A DNA stretch of 64,000 nt from the NCBI GenBank assembly GCA_964473665.1, contig CAYYPV010000008.1:607-64606 (forward strand), in the 5' to 3' direction. Below, in pieces: positions 57,057 through 64,000 of the stretch. How positions within the stretch are numbered: the stretch's first letter is position 1; the number at the start of each line of letters is the position of its first letter. The position numbers and the translations under genes are program-made. The stretch comes from an uncultured Candidatus Bathyarchaeia archaeon. Lineage in GTDB: Archaea; Thermoproteota; Bathyarchaeia; RBG-16-48-13; CAYPFQ01. The notes under the pieces were generated by a model that made no database searches, had not been told where the DNA came from, and saw only the letters and a list, made by a program, of their open reading frames with translations.

Positions 57057-57968
57057 TTGATTTACGATGTATTAATTGTTGGAGCTGGTCCAGCAGGCTT
57101 TGCTGCCGCTATCTACGCGGCTAGAAGAAAGGCGGCAACAGTGATACTTGAGGCTGAAAGTATTGGGGGACAAATAGCGAAGGCTCACCTTGTGGAGAAT
57201 TATCCTGGAATAATGAATATTAGCGGGCTTGATCTGGCTAAGGCGATGAGTGAGCAGGTAAAGGCGTTGGGAGTTGAGATCAGATATGAAAAAGTTGTTG
57301 ATCTCAATAAAGACAACGATTCATTTGTAGCAAGGACTGATAAAGGGGAGTATAAAGCGAGGACCGTTATTTTGGCGACTGGTGCGCAGCCGAGAAAACT
57401 TGGCACTTCAGACGAGGACAAATACGTTGGAAAAGGAGTTTCCTACTGTGCGATATGCGATGCACCTTTCTTTAAAGGTAAAGCTGTTGCGATTGCTGGA
57501 GGTGGTGACGCAGCGGTTAAGTCAGCTTTGCTTCTAGCTGAGTATGCTGGCAAAGTGTATCTTATACATAGAAGGAGTGAATTGAGAGCGGAGGAGGTTG
57601 TGCAAGAAAAACTTTTTGCCAATAAGAAAGTGGAAGTGCTCTGGAATAAGATAATCACTGGGATAAGAGGGGAAAGCATGGTTGAAGAAATTGAGTTACA
57701 GGATACTCAAACGGCTGAGAAGACGAATATGAAGGTTAGTGGGGTTTTTGTTGAAATTGGCGGAGTACCCGCTGGGGTTTTAGCAGGGAAGTTGGGGGTT
57801 GAAGTTGACGATAAAGGTTACGTGAAAGTTGACAAAGGTCAGAGAACAAATATTTCAGGTTTTTTTGCAGCGGGCGACATTACAGATTTTTCATTAAAGC
57901 AGGTTTCCACAGCAGTAGGACAGGGAGCAACAGCTGCAACAAATGCATGTGAATTCACCGGAAAGTAA
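57057..57968 (+). CDS. trxB: Thioredoxin reductase
   Basis: YDVLIVGAGPAGFAAAIYAAR FAD motif. Redox-active SYCAICDAPFF (CxxC). Second dinucleotide motif AIAGGGDAA. Confidence 0.85.
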   Translation: MIYDVLIVGAGPAGFAAAIYAARRKAATVILEAESIGGQIAKAHLVENYPGIMNISGLDLAKAMSEQVKALGVEIRYEKVVDLNKDNDSFVARTDKGEYKARTVILATGAQPRKLGTSDEDKYVGKGVSYCAICDAPFFKGKAVAIAGGGDAAVKSALLLAEYAGKVYLIHRRSELRAEEVVQEKLFANKKVEVLWNKIITGIRGESMVEEIELQDTQTAEKTNMKVSGVFVEIGGVPAGVLAGKLGVEVDDKGYVKVDKGQRTNISGFFAAGDITDFSLKQVSTAVGQGATAATNACEFTGK

Positions 57969-57972
57969 ATGT

Positions 57973-59154
57973 TTATTTTTCTTCTTCCAAATCGAGCTCG
58001 AATAAGTCCCCACGCCTAAGACCTTTAAGTTTGTGGGCTACTTTCTTGGCTTCTTCTTCGGTTATTGATAAACCGAGAGAATCTAGAAGGAATGCAGCGG
58101 CATGCTTTCCTGAGGATTCGCCGAAAACTACGCGTCGGGTGTTTCCTACTAGTTTAGGTGGAAATGGTTCGTAAGTGGCTGGGTTTTGCAAGATAGCGGA
58201 TATGTGAGTTCCGCTCTTATGTCTGAAGGCGTTCTTGCTTACTATTGGTGCAAAGTCCGATGTAGGAATACCAGAGTAGGATGCGACGAATTGGGATAAT
58301 TCTTCAAGCATATCTGTTCTGACTTTCAGTTTAACACCTTGGCATATCAAAGCCATTGTAACTTCTGCCAATGAAGGGATTCCGGTCCTTTCACCTAGTC
58401 CATTGACTGTGACGTGGACTTGATCGGCTCCAGCCTCTAGGCCAGCCATAGAATTTGCTAAAGCGAAGCCCAGATCATTGTGGCAATGTATATCAAGCGG
58501 AACATTTACGACCTCCCGAACGGTTTTTACGAGATTATATACCCCTTGTGGACGAAGAATCCCAACTGTGTCGGTTACACTTATTCTGTCGGCGCCAGCT
58601 TCCGCGATGCTCTTACAGAATTTTTTAAGAAAAGCGGGTTCGGTTCTGCTGCCGTCTTCAGGTGTAAACCGCAGTTTTAGACCATGTTTCTTTGCGTATT
58701 CGATCGAGGTTACAGCTCTTTCGATGGCTTCTTCATGATTTATTTTTAGTTTACTCATCATCTGTATGTCTGAAACTGATAGGTACATCGCTATCCATTT
58801 AGCGTCGCATCTTAGAGCTACATCGATGTCTTCTTCTAGAGCTCTAAGATGGGCAACTACGTCGGCGCTTAATCCTTGATGAATTAATGTTTTACAAACT
58901 TCTTCATGTTCACGGGTGACTACTGGGCTTATTTCAATCATGTTTACACCGAATCTGTCAAGCATCCAAGCCAGTTGAAGTCGTTGACTTTTTGTGAAAG
59001 AAACTCCGGGCGCTTGTTCACCTTCTCGCAAAGTTGAGTCCAGAATTTGCACTTTCTCAGGAAGCTTGCTAGGAGGATTGTATGTGTTTGTGGAGGGATT
59101 TAGAAGTAAGTTCTCTTCTCTTGAGCGTCCTTTATAGAAAAATGGGCTGCTCAT
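57973..59154 (-). CDS. 2-isopropylmalate/homocitrate/citramalate synthase family protein (short form, no LeuA regulatory domain)
   Basis: ILDSTLREGEQAPG and HCHNDLGFALANSMAGLEAGAD motifs of the DRE-TIM aldolase (LeuA/NifV/CimA) family. 393 aa. Confidence 0.8.
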   Translation of the reverse strand: MSSPFFYKGRSREENLLLNPSTNTYNPPSKLPEKVQILDSTLREGEQAPGVSFTKSQRLQLAWMLDRFGVNMIEISPVVTREHEEVCKTLIHQGLSADVVAHLRALEEDIDVALRCDAKWIAMYLSVSDIQMMSKLKINHEEAIERAVTSIEYAKKHGLKLRFTPEDGSRTEPAFLKKFCKSIAEAGADRISVTDTVGILRPQGVYNLVKTVREVVNVPLDIHCHNDLGFALANSMAGLEAGADQVHVTVNGLGERTGIPSLAEVTMALICQGVKLKVRTDMLEELSQFVASYSGIPTSDFAPIVSKNAFRHKSGTHISAILQNPATYEPFPPKLVGNTRRVVFGESSGKHAAAFLLDSLGLSITEEEAKKVAHKLKGLRRGDLFELDLEEEK

Positions 59155-59439
59155 TCTACCACCTTATTTACGCTCAACACAGTATAAGGGGCATTATATA
59201 AAGTTTTTAGTAAAAATAATCATTTTTTCGTATTTATATGTATAATTTTTGGAAAATATTCGTAATTTATTTTCTATTCACGTCTAATTCACCGGTAGGC
59301 GTGGATAAATATTGGTCAATGCTCAACATCTCTGTTACATTCTGAAAAATGTTATCTTAAATCTGAGTTGATGTTTTTCACTAAGCGGAGATACGCCTAA
59401 TTTTATATCCTAGGCTATCACTATAAGAGAGGAAACTGG

Positions 59440-59712
59440 TTGATAACGATGGCTAAAAATTCATTTATAGTTGTTGCAGCCGTTGGGAAAGATAGGCCTG
59501 GCTTGATTGCTGGTTTATCTTCCGCAGTAGCTTCAATAAATGGAAACATTGAGGATATGGACGAAGTTGTTTTGAGAAATTCAGTATTTGTTATGTCAAT
59601 GGTTGTTGACATTTCTCTTACTAAAAAGAATTTTAATGAAGTAAAGGGAATTCTTGCAACGAAAGGTCAAAGACTTGGGTTAAAAGTTCTAGTCGATCGC
59701 GTTGATCTTTAG
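59440..59712 (+). CDS. Stand-alone ACT domain protein
   Basis: The IVVAAVGKDRPGLIAGLSSAVASINGNI ACT fold signature is present. 90 aa. It ends 10 nt before the ACT-SerB gene. Confidence 0.55.
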   Translation: MITMAKNSFIVVAAVGKDRPGLIAGLSSAVASINGNIEDMDEVVLRNSVFVMSMVVDISLTKKNFNEVKGILATKGQRLGLKVLVDRVDL

Positions 59713-59722
59713 GCGCTTGAAA

Positions 59723-60646
59723 ATGGATAAAAAAATAGTAGTCACAATTGTTGGTAGAGATCGCCCAGGAATAGTTGCGGGCATAACAACTGCTCTCGCG
59801 AATCTTAATGCGAACATAGTTAAGGCCAGAGCGTCTTCATTATCCGATTTGTTCTTAATGATGCTTGTAATTGACGTTAAAGAAGTTAAGGTTCCATTAA
59901 GTGGATTGTTGGATAAACTGAAAAGTGAAGGGGAAAAGGTGGGGGTTGGGGTTTCAGTGGAGACAGGGGATAATTACAAGAAGGAAAAGCGGCTGATCGT
60001 CCTCGATATGGATGATACTGTTGTAGATACAGAAGTTATTAATGAACTGGCCAAAATGGCTGGAGTTGAAAAAGAGGTAAAAGCCATAACAGCAGCTGCT
60101 ATGGAAGGAAAAATGGAATTTAAAGAAGCCTTAACTAAGAGGGTGGGGCTCCTTAAAGGATTGCCCGTTAAAAAAATTTACGAATTCAGAAGCAGAATCC
60201 CCATTGTTCCCGGCGCTCTGGAAGTTATTTCCGAATTGAAAAAAACGGGTTTTGTTACTGTTTTGATGACTGGAAGCTTCGACATTGTAGCTAATTATGT
60301 TGGAAAGAAACTTGGATTCGACTATGTTTTCGCTAATAAGCTTATGGTTAAAAATGGTAAACTCACAGGTGAAGTCAAAGGCAAAGTTCTGAGCCCAGAA
60401 TCGAAACTTGAATTATTAAAAAAAATAGCTAAAAAGGAAGATATACCACTAGAAGAGTGCGCCGCTGTAGGTGACGGTGCAAACGATCTTCTGATAATTA
60501 AGAATGCTGGCTTAGGCATCGGCTTTAATCCTAAGAAGCTCATAAAAAAGGAGGCTGACGCATTCGTTAACGTGAAAGATTTGAAAGTGCTTCTTGCATT
60601 TGTCGGCGGTGGAAAACTTAGAGAAGACATTAAGAGCCGTCTATAA
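59723..60646 (+). CDS. serB: Phosphoserine phosphatase with N-terminal ACT domain
   Basis: ACT motif IVVTIVGRDRPGIVAG. HAD motifs LIVLDMDDTVV (DxDxT) and AVGDGANDL. The start is taken at MDKKIV. Confidence 0.8.
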   Translation: MDKKIVVTIVGRDRPGIVAGITTALANLNANIVKARASSLSDLFLMMLVIDVKEVKVPLSGLLDKLKSEGEKVGVGVSVETGDNYKKEKRLIVLDMDDTVVDTEVINELAKMAGVEKEVKAITAAAMEGKMEFKEALTKRVGLLKGLPVKKIYEFRSRIPIVPGALEVISELKKTGFVTVLMTGSFDIVANYVGKKLGFDYVFANKLMVKNGKLTGEVKGKVLSPESKLELLKKIAKKEDIPLEECAAVGDGANDLLIIKNAGLGIGFNPKKLIKKEADAFVNVKDLKVLLAFVGGGKLREDIKSRL

Positions 60647-60666
60647 TATTTCGAAGTGATTTTTTT

Positions 60667-60885
60667 ATGACTTGTTACTTTAGGCATCTTCAGACGATTT
60701 TTAAGAAGGCGGGAATAAAAGTTACGAGTGAAAATAAACAAAAAGTTGACAGAGTCATTCACAGCATTGTGGGTGTCAAATATAAGAATTGCCCAGCTGT
60801 TTGGAGAGAGGTTAAGAAGAGTATAGCGGAAGATGAAGAGGGTTTCATTTCTAAGTTGAAACAGGCATGGAGGAAACAAGCATAA
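60667..60885 (+). CDS. Hypothetical small protein
   Basis: 72-aa basic protein. No motif recognised. Confidence 0.25.
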   Translation: MTCYFRHLQTIFKKAGIKVTSENKQKVDRVIHSIVGVKYKNCPAVWREVKKSIAEDEEGFISKLKQAWRKQA

Positions 60886-60962
60886 GCTATACGTAGTTAA
60901 TTACAGAAACATGAAGAAATTCTGAAAAAAATGTATATATTACATATAGCAAAAAATGGGGC

Positions 60963-61709
60963 ATGGAAAAAATTAACGGCAAGGATTTAAGGCTTAGACT
61001 GAAAGAGTGGTCTTCTCTACTGGTGAATGACCTTAGGTATGATCCGCAAGCCAAGCGATCTGTTTTTCTAGGAATAGTAGCAGGAATTGCCACATGGTTC
61101 TGGACCATAATCCTAAATTTATATACATTAGATCCAGCCAAAACTTATACTAGTTTTATCAATTCAATAGATAGCGGAATAGAAGTAATCACACTGCAAA
61201 AGTTATCAAACCCCGCAACAGACTATTTCTTCACTTATTTTTACTTGTTCGCCGGATTCATCGTGATATTCACACTTTCTGCATTAATAATTAGTAGAAG
61301 ATGGAAGGATGTGGGCAGGCTGTCTCTGTGTTCTATTTTAATTCTGGTTCCAGCCTTTATTGCGCCTCTCTTTTTCCCAGTGGCTCCTCCAAAGTTAGTA
61401 GTAAGAAATGTAATTTCCATTAAGGATAAGATACTACCTTCCAGTGAAAGTCTAATACCCTTAGGATTCAGATACGCCTCTTTTCCATCGCTTCATGTAG
61501 TAGGCGCAACATTTTCCTTGCTGTGCATATATTCGTCCAAAATGGGGAAATCTTACGTGTATTCATGGATAGTTATACTCTTTTTAACATCCCTCTCAAC
61601 AATATTCCTAGGTGAACACTACTTAGTGGATGTAATTGCAGGCTTCTTTGTAGGTGTTGCAATCTGGATGATTGCAGGTAAACTTCAACGTATGGTAAAT
61701 TTAAGATAG
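60963..61709 (+). CDS. PAP2 superfamily membrane phosphatase
   Basis: PAP2 motif 2 FPSLH (PSGH-like) and motif 3 EHYLVDVIAG (SRxxxxxHxxxD-like). Six TM helices. Confidence 0.6.
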   Translation: MEKINGKDLRLRLKEWSSLLVNDLRYDPQAKRSVFLGIVAGIATWFWTIILNLYTLDPAKTYTSFINSIDSGIEVITLQKLSNPATDYFFTYFYLFAGFIVIFTLSALIISRRWKDVGRLSLCSILILVPAFIAPLFFPVAPPKLVVRNVISIKDKILPSSESLIPLGFRYASFPSLHVVGATFSLLCIYSSKMGKSYVYSWIVILFLTSLSTIFLGEHYLVDVIAGFFVGVAIWMIAGKLQRMVNLR

Positions 61710-62032
61710 AATTTTCGAAATCGCAGTGCAAAAACTCACTAGAAATACTTGGGATAGATGCGCCCGGTTTATTGAATGCAATTTTCAAAACGCTGTTTGC
61801 AGGTATTACGACCTTTTAGACATAGTTATTAAGGGAACTTTAAAGAATGCTGGTCAATTTTGCTTGGAGATATATGGCGAATAGAAAAATGAAAATAGAA
61901 AAAAATTCGTTTATATCTAATGCGTGAAGAAAATAAGCATAAGCTACGCTTAATTATTCGTATTTAAGGAAAAAAATGAAAAAATGATGTTTAACTTGTT
62001 GTGCCTTGTGATTTACTTCTTCTTTGCCTTAG

Positions 62033-62179
62033 GTTTTACAGGCTTCATTGGTGTGCCGCAACACACAAAGTGGCTTTCAGTAACACATCCGCACGGCTCA
62101 TCAACAGTAACCATAACACCGCACTCTTCACAAGTATATTTGTCACCTTTCTTTGCCATTTAATTCACCTCCCAAATCC
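62033..62179 (-). CDS. Desulforedoxin-like (Dx) Cys4 metal-binding mini-protein, 48 aa
   Basis: Minus-strand translation gives MAKKGDKYTCEECGVMVTVDEPCGCVTESHFVCCGTPMKPVKPKAKKK. This matches the desulforedoxin pattern GDxYxCExCG...CCGxxM. The ORF track only shows the antisense artefact ORF 62001-62189 (+). Confidence 0.6.
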
Positions 62180-62476
62180 TTCTGATTAATAATGCAAAAT
62201 TTTAAGCTTCTAAACTTTACTCTTTCTATTCAATACAGTTTTTAACACTTTGCCTAGATTCAGCTTATAAAAATGCATCATATTTCAGGATAAAAATAAT
62301 TTATTGCGTTCCCTATTATCCTAATAAATTGCAAGCAGCATTATCTTAATAGCTATTTTTCAATATTTTTAATTTCGTAGTAAATAATTTTTTTAGGTAT
62401 TTGATAGAGTGTTTGAACTCGTGCGATGTATGGGAAGCTAATTCTCGTTTTCACGGTATTTGCGTATGTAGAAAAA

Positions 62477-63631
62477 TTACAGGTGAGAGGCAAAAGTATT
62501 TTTAGCTGCTTCTAAGCCTGCTTCCAAATCAACTTGGTGACCGAGATCTATTAGCGACATCCCAATAGCGCGTATTGTAGTGTTCACTTCGGCTTCGGAG
62601 ACTATTCCCATGCTGCCTATTCTGATTACGGTTCCCTTTGTGTTACCCATTCCGCCTGCAACAATGACGCCGTATTTTTCACGCATTTTTTCTCTCCAAT
62701 CTTTGTCAGCAATGCCTTGAGGTATTTTCACAACCAGAACTGTGTTAGATAGATAACGTGGATCCGCGAATAGTTGTAGCCCCATTTTGCGGAATGCGTT
62801 GTAGAAGGCTTCGGCGCATTTTTTATGTCTGTTGATTCTATTCTCAAGTCCTTCTTCTTTCAGCATTTTTAGAGCTTCATCTAACGCGTAGTATATGGGT
62901 AGGGCAGGGGTGAATGGTGTTTCTTCTTTCTCGTGAAATTCTTTGCATTTGGGTAGGCTGAAGTAATATGACGTGCGCTTTACTGCGTGGATTACTTGCC
63001 ATGCTTTTTCGCTTACGGAGACTAAAGCTAAGCCGGGTGGACAGGCCAAACATTTCTGGGTGCCAGTTACACATAAATCAACTTTCCACGCATCAACTGG
63101 TAGATTGTCACCGCATAGAACTGAGACAGCGTCAACGAGAAGAAGCGCATTATGTTTTTCCGCTATTCTTCCAACCTCATCCAAGCCGCGCATCGTAACT
63201 CCGGTTGAAGTTTCATTGTAGACAATTGCAATTGCTCTAACATTCTTCTCGCGTTCAACAGCTTCTCTAATTTGATTTGGCGTAGCAGCTTTACCCAATT
63301 CTACTGGAATTTCTATTGGAATGCCTCCGTAGGTCTCTATTTTCTCCTTGAGACGCTGGCTGAAACCGCCGTTGACAGGAATTACTACTTTATCACCCTG
63401 AGAAATCGTGTTGCTGACGGCGCATTCCACTCCTCCTGTTCCAGAGCTAGTTAATGCAAAAACATGATTCTTAGTTTGAAAAGCATACTGCATACCATCA
63501 TAGAGGCTTCGATAAAGTTGACGGAACTCAGGACCACGATGATTAATCATAGGTCGCTGCATTGCCGCCATTATTCTGTTAGGTACATTCGTGGGACCTG
63601 GTACCATGAGTAAGTTTCCAGTTTTTTGCAC
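62477..63631 (-). CDS. Class V aminotransferase (AGT/SerC-like; candidate phosphoserine aminotransferase)
   Basis: MVPGPTNVP N-terminus and an overall AGT-family pattern. 384 aa. It lies about 2 kb from serB. Confidence 0.8.
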   Translation of the reverse strand: MQKTGNLLMVPGPTNVPNRIMAAMQRPMINHRGPEFRQLYRSLYDGMQYAFQTKNHVFALTSSGTGGVECAVSNTISQGDKVVIPVNGGFSQRLKEKIETYGGIPIEIPVELGKAATPNQIREAVEREKNVRAIAIVYNETSTGVTMRGLDEVGRIAEKHNALLLVDAVSVLCGDNLPVDAWKVDLCVTGTQKCLACPPGLALVSVSEKAWQVIHAVKRTSYYFSLPKCKEFHEKEETPFTPALPIYYALDEALKMLKEEGLENRINRHKKCAEAFYNAFRKMGLQLFADPRYLSNTVLVVKIPQGIADKDWREKMREKYGVIVAGGMGNTKGTVIRIGSMGIVSEAEVNTTIRAIGMSLIDLGHQVDLEAGLEAAKNTFASHL

Positions 63632-63825
63632 GTAATCATCCTCTTAGAGTATTTTACTTTTAGACATGGATACTTAAAGATTAATTGTAGGTGTGGAAGT
63701 TGATATTGGTTTCATCCAGTTTTTATATATTTTTCGGGTTAATCGAAAAAGCACCTTAAAGCGATAAGCGAGTTATAGAAATAGGGCACTTCCTGTGTGT
63801 ATAGTTCTTCTAAATGATTGAAGGC

Positions 63826-63849
63826 TTTGTATTTTAGTTTGTATTTTAG
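63826..63849. repeat. Perfect tandem duplication of 12-bp unit TTTGTATTTTAG
   Basis: Direct reading of the AT-rich intergenic tail: tttgtattttag tttgtattttag. Confidence 0.6.
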
Positions 63850-64000
63850 TTATTTGCTTTGTTTTTTTATTTAATCTCAATTTTATAGAATGCAAAATGA
63901 GGTCTGACCTGGAACTGTTTATCGAAAATTTAGGGAGTCCTGCGTAAATCATTTAGCGATTTCTAAAGTTTCAATTTCAGCCTTCTTATTAATCGATATG

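Noticed and set aside
62001-62189. 62-aa plus-strand ORF in the ORF track
   Set aside because: It is the antisense shadow of the better-supported minus-strand desulforedoxin-like gene (62033-62179). It has no motif or start context.
63826-63849. 12-bp tandem duplication as a possible CRISPR or minisatellite
   Set aside because: There are only two units with no spacer structure. It is simple slippage in an AT-rich tail.

Overview
This reads as a densely coded stretch of an archaeal chromosome, moderately AT-rich (about 40% GC by eye). The lineage is not determined. Gene content suggests an uncultivated, non-methanogenic Wood-Ljungdahl archaeon such as a Bathyarchaeia-like lineage, but that is inference only. 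I found no rRNA, tRNA, CRISPR array or mobile element.

Gene content by region:
- 0.1-19 kb: an ether-lipid neighbourhood. It holds a Tes/GDGT-MAS-like radical SAM protein, myo-inositol-1-phosphate synthase, a ferredoxin + geranylgeranyl reductase pair, three tandem paralogous radical SAM/twitch enzymes with a shared unrecognised N-terminal domain, two UbiA-like membrane proteins, an ICMT-family methyltransferase, a second geranylgeranyl reductase and a DegT sugar aminotransferase. A group 1 membrane-bound [NiFe] hydrogenase operon (small subunit with Tat signal, large subunit, cytochrome b) with divergent hypD sits inside it.
- 21-24 kb: housekeeping genes, namely a thermosome subunit that is frameshifted in this sequence, RpoK and Alba.
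- 24-34 kb: a GNAT acetyltransferase, an M50 protease, a LarA-family protein, an ABC-2 exporter, an IPK-like kinase, PyrE and a ferritin-like protein.
- 34.5-42.2 kb: a complete cdhABCDE-cooC CO dehydrogenase/acetyl-CoA synthase operon. Downstream are mch, an MtdA/B-like NAD(P)-dependent methylene-H4MPT dehydrogenase, an FtsZ homologue, and metV-metF.
- Distal part: pyrF, an ABC importer, trxB, a LeuA-family synthase, ACT/SerB with a class V aminotransferase, a PAP2 phosphatase, and an unannotated desulforedoxin-like mini-gene.

The most notable candidate for a previously undescribed system is the triplicated radical SAM family in the lipid-gene neighbourhood.
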